From Eledone cirrhosa (Eukaryota): a stretch of 64,000 bases of DNA. This document shows positions 18,001 to 36,000 of the stretch, one piece after another (positions within the stretch are counted from its first letter, which is position 1; every line of letters starts with the position of its first letter). The translations under genes and the position numbers were made by a program. The stretch covers positions 417,012,001 to 417,076,000 of the forward strand of contig OZ024740.1 in the NCBI GenBank assembly GCA_964016885.1. Reading direction: 5' to 3'. The notes beneath the pieces were generated by a model. That model saw only the letters and a program-made list of their open reading frames with translations, ran no database searches and was not told the origin of the DNA.

Positions 18001-21000
18001 TACTCCTCACTAGATAACACTACCTCAATGATCATAGCATATACTCCTCACTAGATAACACTACTACAATGATCATAGCATATACTCCTCACTAGATAAC
18101 ACTACCTCAATGATCATAGCATATACTCCTCACTACATAACACTACTACAATGATTGTAGCATATACTCCTCACTAGATAACACTTCTACAATGATCGTA
18201 GCATATACTCCTCACTAGATAGCACTACTACAATGATCATAGCATATACTCCTTACTAGATAACACTACTACAATGATCATAGCATATACTCCTTACTAG
18301 ATAACACTATCTCAATGATCATAGCATATACTCCTTACTAGATAACACTACCTCAATGATCATAGCATATACTCCTCACTACATGACACTACTACAATGA
18401 TTGTAGCATATACTCATCACTAGATAACACTTCTACAATGATCATAGCATATACTCCTCACTAGATAACACTACTACAATGATTGTAGCATATACTCCTC
18501 ACTAGATAACACTTCAACAATGATCATAGCATATACTCCTCACTACATAACACTACTACAATGATTGTAGCATATACTCATCATAAGATAACACTTCTAC
18601 AATGATCATACCATATACTCCTCACTAGATAACACTACCTCAATGATCATAGCATATACTCCTTACTAGATAACACTACTTCAATGATCATAGCATATAC
18701 TCCTCACTAGATAACACTACTTCAATGATCATAGCATATACTCCTCACTAGATAACACTACCTCAATGATCATAGCATATACTCCTTACTAGATAACACT
18801 ACTTCAATGATCATAGCATATACTCCTTACTAGATAACACTACTTCAATGATCATAGCATATACTCCTCACTAGATGACACTAGTACAATGATCATAGCA
18901 TATACTCCTTACTAGATAACACTACCTCAATGATCATAGCATATACTCCTCACTAGATAACACTACCTCAATAATCATGGCATATACTCCTCACTAGATA
19001 ACACTACCTCAATGATCATAGCATATACTCCTCACTAGATAACACTACCTCAATAATCATGGCATATACTCCTCACTAGATTACACTACCTCAATGAAAA
19101 TATCATATACTCCTCACTAGATGACACTAGTACAATGATCAGAGCATATACTCCTTACTAGATAACACTACCTCAATGATCATAGCATATACTCCTCACT
19201 AGATAACACTACCTCAATGATCATAACATATACTCCTCACTAGATAACACTACCTCAATGATCATAGCATATACTCCTCACTACATGACACTACCTCAAT
19301 GATCATATCATATACTCCTTACTAGATAACACTACCTCAATGATCATAGCATATACTCCTCACTAGATAACACTACCTCAATGATCATAGCATATACTCC
19401 TCACTAGATAACACTACCTCAATGATCATAGCATATACTCCTCACTAGATAACTCTACCTCAATGATCATAACATATACTCCTTACTAGATAACACTATT
19501 ACAATGATCATAACATATACTCCTCACTAGATAACACTACCTCAATGATCATAGCATATACTCCTCACTAGATAACTCTACCTCAATGATCATAGCATAT
19601 ACTCCTCACTAGATAACACTACCTCAATGATCATAACATATACTCCTCACTAGATAACTCTACCTCAATGATCATAGCATATACTCCTCACTAGATAACA
19701 CTACTACAATGATCATATCATATACTCCTCACTAGATAACACTACCTCAATGATAGCATATACTCCTCACTAGATAACACTACCTCAATGATCATAGCAT
19801 ATAATCCTAACTAGATAACACTACCTCAATGATCATAGCATATACTCCTCACTAGATAACACTACCTCAATTATCATAGCATATACTCCTCACTACATAA
19901 CACTACTACAATGATCATAACATATACTCCTCACTAGATAACACTACCTCAATGATCATAGCATATACTCCTCACTAGATAACACTACCTCAATGATCAT
20001 AACATATACTCCTCACTAGATAACACTATCTCAATGATCATATCATATACTCCTCACTAGATAACACTATTACAATGATCATAGCATATACTCCTCACTA
20101 GATGACACTACTACAATGATCATAGCATATACTCCTTACTAGATAACACTACCTCAATGATCATAGCATATACTCCTCACTACATGACACTACTACAATG
20201 ATCATAGCATATACTCCTCACTAGATAACACTACCTCAATGATCATAGCATATACTCCTCACTAGATAACACTACTACAATGATCATAGCATATACTCCT
20301 CACTAGATAACACTACCTCAATGATCATAGCATATACTCCTTATTAGATATCACTACCTCAATGATCATAGCATATACTCCTTACTAGATAACACTATCT
20401 CAATGATCATAGCATATACTCCTTACTAGATAACACTACCTCAATGATCATAGCATATACTCCTCACTACATGACACTACTAGAATGATCATAGCATATA
20501 CTCCTCACTAGATAACACTACCTCAATGATCATAGCATATACTCCTCACTAGATAACACTACTACAATGATCATAGCATATACTCCTCACTAGATAACAC
20601 TACCTCAATGATCATAGCATATACTCCTCACTACATAACACTACTACAATGATTGTAGCATATACTCCTCACTAGATAACACTTCTACAATGATCGTAGC
20701 ATATACTCCTCACTAGATAGCACTACTACAATGATAGCATATACTCCTCACTAGATAACACTACCTCATTATCATATCATATACTCCTCACTAGATAACA
20801 CTACCTCAATGATCATAGCATATACTCCTCACTTGATAACACTACCTCAATGATCATAGCATATACTCCTCACTAGATAACACTACTACAATTATCATAG
20901 CACATACTCCTCGCTACATAACACTACCTCAATGATCATAGCATATACTCCTCACTAGATAACACTACCTCAATGATCATAGCATATACTCCTCACTAGA

Positions 21001-24000
21001 TAACACTACTACAATTATCATAGCACATACTCCTCGCTACATAACACTACCTCAATGATCATAGCATATACTCCTCACTAGATAACACTACCTCAATGAT
21101 CATAGCATATACTCCTCACTAGATAACACTACTACAATTATCATAGCATATACTCCTCGCTACATAACACTACCTCACTGATAGCATATACTCCTCACTA
21201 GATAACACTACCTCAATGATCATAGCATATACTCCTCACTAGATAATACTTCCTCAATGATCATAGCATATACTCCTCACTAGATAACACTACTACAATG
21301 ATCATAGCGTATACTCCTTACTAGATAACACTATCTCAATGATCAAAGCATATACTCCTTACTAGATAACACTACCTCAATAATCATGGCATATACTCCT
21401 CACTAGATAACACTACCTCAATGATCATATCATATACTCCTCACTAGATAACACTACCTCAATGATCATAGCATATACTCCTTATTAGATAACACTACCT
21501 CAATAATCATGGCATATACTCCTCACTAGATAACACTACCTCAATGATCATAACATATACTCCTCACTAGATAACACTACATCAATGATCATAACATATA
21601 CTCCTCACTAGATAACACTATCTCAATGATCATAGCATATACTCCTCACCAGATAACACTATCTCAATGATCATAACATATACTCCTCACTAGATAACAC
21701 TACCTCAATGATCATAGCATATACTCCTTATTAGATAACACTACCTCAATGATCATAGCATATACTCCTTATTAGATAACACTATCTCAATGATTATATC
21801 ATATACTCCTCAATAGATAACACTAGCTCAATGATCATATCATATACTCCTCACTAGATAACACTACCTCAATGATCATAGCATATACTCCTCACTAGAT
21901 AACACTACCTTAATGATCATATCATATAATCCTCACTAGATAACACTACCTCAATGATCATAGGATATACTCCTTACTAGATAACACTACCTCAATGATC
22001 ATAGCATATACTCCTCACTAGATAACACTACCTCAATGATCATATCATATACTCCTTACTAGATAACACTACCTCAATGATCATAGCATATACTCCTTAT
22101 TAGATATCACTACCTCAATGATCATAGCATATACTCCTCACTAGATAACACTACCTCAATGATCATATCATATACTCCTCACTAGATAACACTACCTCAA
22201 TGATCATATCATATACTCCTCACTAGATAACACTACTACAATGATCATAGCATATACTCCTTACTAGATAACACTACCTCAATGATCATAGCATATACTC
22301 CTTATTAGATAACACTACCTCAATGATCATAGCATATACTCCTCACTAGATAACAGTATCTCAATGATCATATCATATACTCCTCACTAGATAAAACTAT
22401 CTCAATGATCATAGCATATACTCCTTATTAGATTACACTACCTCAATGATCATAGCATATACTCCTTACTAGATAACACTATCTCAATAATCATAGCATA
22501 TACTCCTCACTAGATAACACTATCTCAATGATCATATCATATACTCCTTACTAGATAACACTACCTCAATGATCATAGCATATACTCCTTATTAGATATC
22601 ACTACCTCAATGATCATAGCATATACTCCTCACTAGATAACACTACCTCAATGATCATAGCATATACTCCTCACTAGATAACACTACCTCAATGATCATA
22701 GCATATACTCCTCACTAGATAACACTACCTCAATGATCATAGCATATACTCCTCACTAGATAACACTACCTCAATGATCACAGCATATACTCCTCACTAG
22801 ATAACACTACCTCAATGATCATAGCATATACTCCTCACTAGATAACACTACCTCAATGATCATAGCATATACTCCTCACTAGATAACACTACCTCAATGA
22901 TCATAGCATATACTCCTCACTAGATAACACTACCTCAATGATCATAGCATATACTCCTCACTAGATAACACTACCTCAATGATCATAGCATATACTCCTC
23001 ACTAGATAACACTACCTCAATGATCATAGCATATACTCCTTACTAGATAACACTACCTCAATGATCATATCATATACTCCTCAATAGATAACACTACTAC
23101 AATGATCATAGCATATACTCCTCACTAGATAACACTACCTCAATGATCATATCATATACTCCTCACTAGATGACACTAGTACAATGATCAGAGCATATAC
23201 TCCTTACTAGATAACACTACCTCAATGATCATAGCATATACTCCTCAATAGATAACACTACCTCAATGATCATAGCATATACTCCTCACTAGATAACACT
23301 ACTACAATAATCATACCATATACTCCTTATTAGATAACACTATCTCAATGATCATAGCATATACTCCTTACTAGATAACACTACCTCAATGATCATAGCA
23401 TATACTCCTCACTAGATAACACTACCTCAATGATCATATCATATACTCCTCACTAGATAACACTACCTCAACGATCATAGCATATACTCCTCATTAGATA
23501 ACACTACTACAATGATCATAGCATATACTCCTCACTAGATAACACTACCTCAACGATCATATCATATACTCCTCACTAGATAACACTACTACAATGATCA
23601 TAGCATATACTCCTCACTAGATAACACTACCTCAATGATCATAGCATATACTCCTCACTAGATAACACTACCTCAATGATCATAGCATATACTCCTCACT
23701 AGATAACACTACCTCAATGATCATAGCATATACTCCTCACTAGATAACACTACCTCAATAATCATGGCATATACTCCTCACTAGATAACACTACCTCAAT
23801 AATCATGGCATATACTCCTCACTAGATAACACTATTACAATGATCATAGCATATACTCCTCACTAGATGACACTACTACAATGATCATAGCATATACTCC
23901 TTACTAGATAACACTACCTCAATGATCATAGCATATACTCCTCACTACATGACACTACTACAATGATCATAGCATATACTCCTCACTAGATAACACTACC

Positions 24001-27000
24001 TCAATGATCATAGCATATACTCCTCACTAGATAACACTACTACAATGATCATAGCATATACTCCTCACTAGATAACACTACCTCAATGATCATAGCATAT
24101 ACTCCTTATTAGATATCACTACCTCAATGATCATAGCATATACTCCTTACTAGATAACACTATCTCAATGATCATAGCATATACTCCTTACTAGATAACA
24201 CTACCTCAATGATCATAGCATATACTCCTCACTACATGACACTACTAGAATGATCATAGCATATACTCCTCACTAGATAACACTACCTCAATGATCATAG
24301 CATATACTCCTCACTAGATAACACTACTACAATGATCATAGCATATACTCCTCACTAGATAACACTACCTCAATGATCATAGCATATACTCCTCACTACA
24401 TAACACTACTACAATGATTGTAGCATATACTCCTCACTAGATAACACTTCTACAATGATCGTAGCATATACTCCTCACTAGATAGCACTACTACAATGAT
24501 CATAGCATATACTCCTTACTAGATAACACTACTACAATGATCATAGCATATACTCCTTACTAGATAACACTATCTCAATGATCATAGCATATACTCCTTA
24601 CTAGATAACACTACCTCAATGATCATAGCATATACTCCTCACTACATGACACTACTACAATGATTGTAGCATATACTCATCACTAGATAACACTTCTACA
24701 ATGATCATAGCATATACTCCTCACTAGATAACACTACTACAATGATTGTAGCATATACTCCTCACTAGATAACACTTCAACAATGATCATAGCATATACT
24801 CCTCACTACATAACACTACTACAATGATTGTAGCATATACTCATCATAAGATAACACTTCTACAATGATCATACCATATACTCCTCACTAGATAACACTA
24901 CCTCAATGATCATAGCATATACTCCTTACTAGATAACACTACCTCAATGATCATAGCATATACTCCTCACTAGATAACACTACCTCAATAATCATGGCAT
25001 ATACTCCTCACTAGATAACACTACCTCAATGATCATAGCATATACTCCTCACTAGATAACACTACCTCAATAATCATGGCATATACTCCTCACTAGATTA
25101 CACTACCTCAATGAAAATATCATATACTCCTCACTAGATGACACTAGTACAATGATCAGAGCATATACTCCTTACTAGATAAAACTACCTCAATGATCAT
25201 AGCATATACTCCTCACTAGATAACACTACCTCAATGATCATAACATATACTCCTCACTAGATAACACTACCTCAATGATCATAGCATATACTCCTCACTA
25301 CATGACACTACCTCAATGATCATATCATATACTCCTTACTAGATAACACTACCTCAATGATCATAGCATATACTCCTCACTAGATAACACTACCTCAATG
25401 ATCATAGCATATACTCCTCACTAGATAACACTACCTCAATGATCATAGCATATACTCCTCACTAGATAACTCTACCTCAATGATCATAACATATACTCCT
25501 TACTAGATAACACTATTACAATGATCATAACATATACTCCTCACTAGATAACACTACCTCAATGATCATAGCATATACTCCTCACTAGATAACTCTACCT
25601 CAATGATCATAGCATATACTCCTCACTAGATAACACTACCTCAATGATCATAACATATACTCCTCACTAGATAACTCTACCTCAATGATCATAGCATATA
25701 CTCCTCACTAGATAACACTACTACAATGATCATATCATATACTCCTCACTAGATAACACTACCTCAATGATAGCATATACTCCTCACTAGATAACACTAC
25801 CTCAATGATCATAGCATATAATCCTAACTAGATAACACTACCTCAATGATCATAGCATATACTCCTCACTAGATAACACTACCTCAATTATCATAGCATA
25901 TACTCCTCACTACATAACACTACTACAATGATCATAACATATACTCCTCACTAGATAACACTACCTCAATGATCATAGCATATACTCCTCACTAGATAAC
26001 ACTACCTCAATGATCATAACATATACTCCTCACTAGATAACAACATCTCAATGATCATATCATATACTCCTCACTAGATAACACTACCTCAATGATCATA
26101 GCATATTCTCCTCACTAGATAACACTACCTCAATGATCATAACATATACTCCTTACTAGATAACACTATTACAATGATCATAACATATACTCCTCACTAG
26201 ATAACACTACCTCAATTATCATAGCATATACTCTTCACTACATAACACTACTACAATGATCATAACATATACTCCTCACTAGATAACACTACCGCAATGA
26301 TCATAGCATATACTCCTCACTAGATAACACTACCTCAATGATCATAGCATATACTCCTTACAAGATAACACTACCTCAATGATCATAGCATATACTCCTC
26401 ACTAGATAACACTACTACGATGATCATAACATATACTCCTCACTAGATAACACTACCTCAATGATCATAACATATACTCCTCACTAGATAACACTACCTC
26501 AATGATCATAGCATATACTCCTCACTAGATAACACTACTACGATGATCATAACATATACTCCTCACTAGATAATACTACCTCAATGATCATAGCATATAC
26601 TCCTCACTAGATAACACTACCTCAATGATCATAGCATATACTCCTCACTAGATAACACTACCTCAATGATCATAGCATATACTCCTCACGAAATAACACT
26701 ACCTCAATGATCATATCATATACTCCTCACTAGATAACACTACCTCAATGATAGCATATACTCCTCACTAGATAACACTACCTCATTATCATATCATATA
26801 CTCCTCACTAGATAACACTACCTCAATGATCATAGCATATACTCCTCACTTGATAACACTACCTCAATGATCATAGCATATACTCCTCACTAGATAACAC
26901 TACTACAATTATCATAGCACATACTCCTCGCTACATAACACTACCTCAATGATCATAGCATATACTCCTCACTAGATAACACTACCTCAATGATCATAGC

Positions 27001-30000
27001 ATATACTCCTCACTAGATAACACTACTACAATTATCATAGCACATACTCCTCGCTACATAACACTACCTCAATGATCATAGCATATACTCCTCACTAGAT
27101 AACACTACCTCAATGATCATAGCATATACTCCTCACTAGATAACACTACTACAATTATCATAGCATATACTCCTCGCTACATAACACTACCTCACTGATA
27201 GCATATACTCCTCACTAGATAACACTACCTCAATGATCATAGCATATACTCCTCACTAGATAATACTTCCTCAATGATCATAGCATATACTCCTCACTAG
27301 ATAACACTACTACAATGATCATAGCGTATACTCCTTACTAGATAACACTATCTCAATGATCAAAGCATATACTCCTTACTAGATAACACTACCTCAATAA
27401 TCATGGCATATACTCCTCACTAGATAACACTACCTCAATGATCATATCATATACTCCTCACTAGATAACACTACCTCAATGATCATAGCATATACTCCTT
27501 ATTAGATAACACTACCTCAATAATCATGGCATATACTCCTCACTAGATAACACTACCTCAATGATCATAACATATACTCCTCACTAGATAACACTACCTC
27601 AATGATCATAACATATACTCCTCACTAGATAACACTATCTCAATGATCATAGCATATACTCCTCACCAGATAACACTATCTCAATGATCATAACATATAC
27701 TCCTCACTAGATAACACTACCTCAATGATCATAGCATATACTCCTTATTAGATAACACTACCTCAATGATCATAGCATATACTCCTTATTAGATAACACT
27801 ATCTCAATGATTATATCATATACTCCTCAATAGATAACACTAGCTCAATGATCATATCATATACTCCTCACTAGATAACACTACCTCAATGATCATAGCA
27901 TATACTCCTCACTAGATAACACTACCTTAATGATCATATCATATAATCCTCACTAGATAACACTACCTCAATGATCATAGGATATACTCCTTACTAGATA
28001 ACACTACCTCAATGATCATAGCATATACTCCTCACTAGATAACACTACCTCAATGATCATATCATATACTCCTTACTAGATAACACTACCTCAATGATCA
28101 TAGCATATACTCCTTATTAGATATCACTACCTCAATGATCATAGCATATACTCCTCACTAGATAACACTACCTCAATGATCATATCATATACTCCTCACT
28201 AGATAACACTACCTCAATGATCATATCATATACTCCTCACTAGATAACACTACTACAATGATCATAGCGTATACTCCTCACTAGATAACACTACTACAAT
28301 GATCATAGCATATACTCCTTACTAGATAACACTACCTCAATGATCATAGCATATACTCCTTATTAGATAACACTACCTCAATGATCATAGCATATACTCC
28401 TCACTAGATAACAGTATCTCAATGATCATATCATATACTCCTCACTAGATAAAACTATCTCAATGATCATAGCATATACTCCTTATTAGATTACACTACC
28501 TCAATGATCATAGCATATACTCCTTACTAGATAACACTATCTCAATAATCATAGCATATACTCCTCACTAGATAACACTATCTCAATGATCATATCAGAT
28601 ACTCCTTACTAGATAACACTACCTCAATGATCATAGCATATACTCCTTATTAGATATCACTACCTCAATGATCATAGCATATACTCCTCACTAGATAACA
28701 CTACCTCAATGATCATAGCATATACTCCTCACTAGATAACACTACCTCAATGATCATAGCATATACTCCTCACTAGATAACACTACCTCAATGATCATAG
28801 CATATACTCCTCACTAGATAACACTACCTCAATGATCACAGCATATACTCCTCACTAGATAACACTACCTCAATGATCATAGCATATACTCCTCACTAGA
28901 TAACACTACCTCAATGATCATAGCATATACTCCTCACTAGATAACACTACCTCAATGATCATAGCATATACTCCTCACTAGATAACACTACCTCAATGAT
29001 CATAGCATATACTCCTCACTAGATAACACTACCTCAATGATCATAGCATATACTCCTCACTAGATAACACTACCTCAATGATCATAGCATATACTCCTTA
29101 CTAGATAACACTACCTCAATGATCATATCATATACTCCTCAATAGATAACACTACTACAATGATCATAGCATATACTCCTCACTAGATAACACTACCTCA
29201 ATGATCATATCATATACTCCTCACTAGATGACACTAGTACAATGATCAGAGCATATACTCCTTACTAGATAACACTACCTCAATGATCATAGCATATACT
29301 CCTCAATAGATAACACTACCTCAATGATCATAGCATATACTCCTCACTAGATAACACTACTACAATAATCATACCATATACTCCTTATTAGATAACACTA
29401 TCTCAATGATCATAGCATATACTCCTTACTAGATAACACTACCTCAATGATCATAGCATATACTCCTCACTAGATAACACTACCTCAATGATCATATCAT
29501 ATACTCCTCACTAGATAACACTACCTCAACGATCATAGCATATACTCCTCATTAGATAACACTACTACAATGATCATAGCATATACTCCTCACTAGATAA
29601 CACTACCTCAACGATCATATCATATACTCCTCACTAGATAACACTACTACAATGATCATAGCATATACTCCTCACTAGATAACACTACCTCAATGATCAT
29701 AGCATATACTCCTCACTAGATAACACTACCTCAATGATCATAGCATATACTCCTCACTAGATAACACTACCTCAATGATCATAGCATATACTCCTCACTA
29801 GATAACACTACCTCAATAATCATGGCATATACTCCTCACTAGATAACACTACCTCAATAATCATGGCATATACTCCTCACTAGATAACACTATTACAATG
29901 ATCATAGCATATACTCCTCACTAGATGACACTACTACAATGATCATAGCATATACTCCTTACTAGATAACACTACCTCAATGATCATAGCATATACTCCT

Positions 30001-33000
30001 CACTACATGACACTACTACAATGATCATAGCATATACTCCTCACTAGATAACACTACCTCAATGATCATAGCATATACTCCTCACTAGATAACACTACTA
30101 CAATGATCATAGCATATACTCCTCACTAGATAACACTACCTCAATGATCATAGCATATACTCCTTATTAGATATCACTACCTCAATGATCATAGCATATA
30201 CTCCTTACTAGATAACACTATCTCAATGATCATAGCATATACTCCTTACTAGATAACACTACCTCAATGATCATAGCATATACTCCTCACTACATGACAC
30301 TACTAGAATGATCATAGCATATACTCCTCACTAGATAACACTACTACAATGATCATAGCATATACTCCTCACTAGATAACACTACCTCAATGATCATAGC
30401 ATATACTCCTCACTACATAACACTACTACAATGATTGTAGCATATACTCCTCACTAGATAACACTTCTACAATGATCGTAGCATATACTCCTCACTAGAT
30501 AGCACTACTACAATGATCATAGCATATACTCCTTACTAGATAACACTACTACAATGATCATAGCATATACTCCTTACTAGATAACACTATCTCAATGATC
30601 ATAGCATATACTCCTTACTAGATAACACTACCTCAATGATCATAGCATATACTCCTCACTACATGACACTACTACAATGATTGTAGCATATACTCATCAC
30701 TAGATAACACTTCTACAATGATCATAGCATATACTCCTCACTAGATAACACTACTACAATGATTGTAGCATATACTCCTCACTAGATAACACTTCAACAA
30801 TGATCATAGCATATACTCCTCACTACATAACACTACTACAATGATTGTAGCATATACTCATCATAAGATAACACTTCTACAATGATCATACCATATACTC
30901 CTCACTAGATAACACTACCTCAATGATCATAGCATATACTCCTTACTAGATAACACTACCTCAATGATCATAGCATATACTCCTCACTAGATAACACTAC
31001 CTCAATAATCATGGCATATACTCCTCACTAGATAACACTACCTCAATGATCATAGCATATACTCCTCACTAGATAACACTACCTCAATAATCATGGCATA
31101 TACTCCTCACTAGATTACACTACCTCAATGAAAATATCATATACTCCTCACTAGATGACACTAGTACAATGATCAGAGCATATACTCCTTACTAGATAAA
31201 ACTACCTCAATGATCATAGCATATACTCCTCACTAGATAACACTACCTCAATGATCATAACATATACTCCTCACTAGATAACACTACCTCAATGATCATA
31301 GCATATACTCCTCACTACATGACACTACCTCAATGATCATATCATATACTCCTTACTAGATAACACTACCTCAATGATCATAGCATATACTCCTCACTAG
31401 ATAACACTACCTCAATGATCATAGCATATACTCCTCACTAGATAACACTACCTCAATGATCATAGCATATACTCCTCACTAGATAACTCTACCTCAATGA
31501 TCATAACATATACTCCTTACTAGATAACACTATTACAATGATCATAACATATACTCCTCACTAGATAACACTACCTCAATGATCATAGCATATACTCCTC
31601 ACTAGATAACTCTACCTCAATGATCATAGCATATACTCCTCACTAGATAACACTACCTCAATGATCATAACATATACTCCTCACTAGATAACTCTACCTC
31701 AATGATCATAGCATATACTCCTCACTAGATAACACTACTACAATGATCATATCATATACTCCTCACTAGATAACACTACCTCAATGATAGCATATACTCC
31801 TCACTAGATAACACTACCTCAATGATCATATCATATACTCCTCACTAGATAACACTACCTCAATGATCATAGCATATACTCCTCACTAGATAACACTACC
31901 TCAATGATCATAGCATATACTCCTCACTAGATGACACTAGTACAATGATCATAACATATACTCCTCACTAGATTACACTACCTCAATGATCATAGCATAT
32001 ACTCCTCACTAGATAACACTACCTCATTATCATAGCATATACTCCTCACTAGATAACTCTACCTCATTGATCATAGCATATACTCCTCACTAGATAACTA
32101 TACCTCATTGATCATAGCATATACTCCTGACTAGATAACTCTACCTCATTGATCATAGCATATACTCCTCACTAGATAACACTACCTCAATGATCATAGC
32201 ATATACTCCTCACTAGATAACACTACCTCATTGATCATAGCATATACTCCTCACTAGATAACTCTACCTCATTGATCATAGCATATACTCCTCACTAGAT
32301 AACACTACCTCAATGATCATAGCATATACTCCTCACTAGATAACTATACCTCATTGATCATAGCATATACTCCTCACTAGATAACTCTACCTCATTGATC
32401 ATAGCATATACTCCTCACTAGATAACACTACCTCAATGATCATAGCATATACTCCTCACTAGATAACTCTACCTCATTGATCATAACATATACTCCTCAC
32501 TAGATTACACTACCTCAATGATCATAGCATATACTCCTCACTAGATAACACTACCTCATTATCATAGCATATACTCCTCACTAGATAACTCTACCTCATT
32601 GATCATAGCATATACTCCTCACTAGATAACACTACCTCAATGATCATAGCATATAATCCTAACTAGATAACACTACCTCAATGATCATAGCATATACTCC
32701 TCACTAGATAACACTACCTCAATTATCATAGCATATACTCCTCACTACATAACACTACTACAATGATCATAACATATACTCCTCACTAGATAACACTACC
32801 TCAATGATCATAGCATATACTCCTCACTAGATAACACTACCTCAATGATCATAACATATACTCCTCACTAGATAACACTATCTCAATGATCATATCATAT
32901 ACTCCTCACTAGATAACACTACCTCAATGATCATAGCATATTCTCCTCACTAGATAACACTACCTCAATGATCATAGCATATACTCCTCACTAGATAACA

Positions 33001-36000
33001 CTACTACAATGATCATAACATATACTCCTCACTAGATAACACTACCTCAATTATCATAGCATATACTCTTCACTACATAACACTACTACAATGATCATAA
33101 CATATACTCCTCACTAGATAACACTACCGCAATGATCATAGCATATACTCCTCACTAGATAACACTACCTCAATGATCATAGCATATACTCCTTACAAGA
33201 TAACACTACCTCAATGATCATAGCATATACTCCTCACTAGATAACACTACTACGATGATCATAACATATACTCCTCACTAGATAACACTACCTCAATGAT
33301 CATAACATATACTCCTCACTAGATAACACTACCTCAATGATCATAGCATATACTCCTCACTAGATAACACTACTACGATGATCATAACATATACTCCTCA
33401 CTAGATAATACTGCCTCAATGATCATAGCATATACTCCTCACTAGATAACACTACCTCAATGATCATAGCATATACTCCTCACTAGATAACACTACCTCA
33501 ATGATCATAGCATATACTCCTCACGAGATAACACTACCTCAATGATCATATCATATACTCCTCACTAGATAACACTACTACAATTATCATAGCACATACT
33601 CCTCGCTACATAACACTACCTCAATGATCATAGCATATACTCCTCACTAGATAACACTACCTCAATGATCATAGCATATACTCCTCACTAGATAACACTA
33701 CTACAATTATCATAGCACATACTCCTCGCTACATAACACTACCTCAATGATCATAGCATATACTCCTCACTAGATAACACTACCTCAATGATCATAGCAT
33801 ATACTCCTCACTAGATAACACTACTACAATTATCATAGCATATACTCCTCGCTACATAACACTACCTCACTGATAGCATATACTCCTCACTAGATAACAC
33901 TACCTCAATGATCATAGCATATACTCCTCACTAGATAATACTTCCTCAATGATCATAGCATATACTCCTCACTAGATAACACTACTACAATGATCATAGC
34001 GTATACTCCTTACTAGATAACACTATCTCAATGATCAAAGCATATACTCCTTACTAGATAACACTACCTCAATAATCATGGCATATACTCCTCACTAGAT
34101 AACACTACCTCAATGATCATATCATATACTCCTCACTAGATAACACTACCTCAATGATCATAGCATATACTCCTTATTAGATAACACTACCTCAATAATC
34201 ATGGCATATACTCCTCACTAGATAACACTACCTCAATGATCATAACATATACTCCTCACTATATAACACTACCTCAATGATCATAACATATACTCCTCAC
34301 TAGATAACACTATCTCAATGATCATAGCATATACTCCTCACCAGATAACACTATCTCAATGATCATAACATATACTCCTCACTAGATAACACTACCTCAA
34401 TGATCATAGCATATACTCCTTATTAGATAACACTACCTCAATGATCATAGCATATACTCCTTATTAGATAACACTATCTCAATGATTATATCATATACTC
34501 CTCAATAGATAACACTAGCTCAATGATCATATCATATACTCCTCACTAGATAACACTACCTCAATGATCATAGCATATACTCCTCACTAGATAACACTAC
34601 CTTAATGATCATATCATATAATCCTCACTAGATAACACTACCTCAATGATCATAGGATATACTCCTTACTAGATAACACTACCTCAATGATCATAGCATA
34701 TACTCCTCACTAGATAACACTACCTCAATGATCATATCATATACTCCTTACTAGATAACACTACCTCAATGATCATAGCATATACTCCTTATTAGATATC
34801 ACTACCTCAATGATCATAGCATATACTCCTCACTAGATAACACTACCTCAATGATCATATCATATACTCCTCACTAGATAACACTACCTCAATGATCATA
34901 TCATATACTCCTCACTAGATAACACTACTACAATGATCATAGCGTATACTCCTCACTAAATAACACTACTACAATGATCATAGCATATACTCCTTACTAG
35001 ATAACACTACCTCAATGATCATAGCATATACTCCTTATTAGATAACACTACCTCAATGATCATAGCATATACTCCTCACTAGATAACAGTATCTCAATGA
35101 TCATATCATATACTCCTCACTAGATAAAACTATCTCAATGATCATAGCATATACTCCTTATTAGATTACACTACCTCAATGATCATAGCATATACTCCTT
35201 ACTAGATAACACTATCTCAATAATCATAGCATATACTCCTCACTAGATAACACTATCTCAATCATCATATCATATACTCCTTACTAGATAACACTACCTC
35301 AATGATCATAGCATATACTCCTTATTAGATATCACTACCTCAATGATCATAGCATATACTCCTCACTAGATAACACTACCTCAATGATCATAGCATATAC
35401 TCCTCACTAGATAACACTACCTCAATGATCATAGCATATACTCCTCACTAGATAACACTACCTCAATGATCATAGCATATACTCCTCACTAGATAACACT
35501 ACCTCAATGATCACAGCATATACTCCTCACTAGATAACACTACCTCAATGATCATAGCATATACTCCTCACTAGATAACACTACCTCAATGATCATAGCA
35601 TATACTCCTCACTAGATAACACTACCTCAATGATCATAGCATATACTCCTCACTAGATAACACTACCTCAATGATCATAGCATATACTCCTCACTAGATA
35701 ACACTACCTCAATGATCATAGCATATACTCCTCACTAGATAACACTACCTCAATGATCATAGCATATACTCCTTACTAGATAACACTACCTCAATGATCA
35801 TATCATATACTCCTCAATAGATAACACTACTACAATGATCATAGCATATACTCCTCACTAGATAACACTACCTCAATGATCATATCATATACTCCTCACT
35901 AGATGACACTAGTACAATGATCAGAGCATATACTCCTTACTAGATAACACTACCTCAATGATCATAGCATATACTCCTCAATAGATAACACTACCTCAAT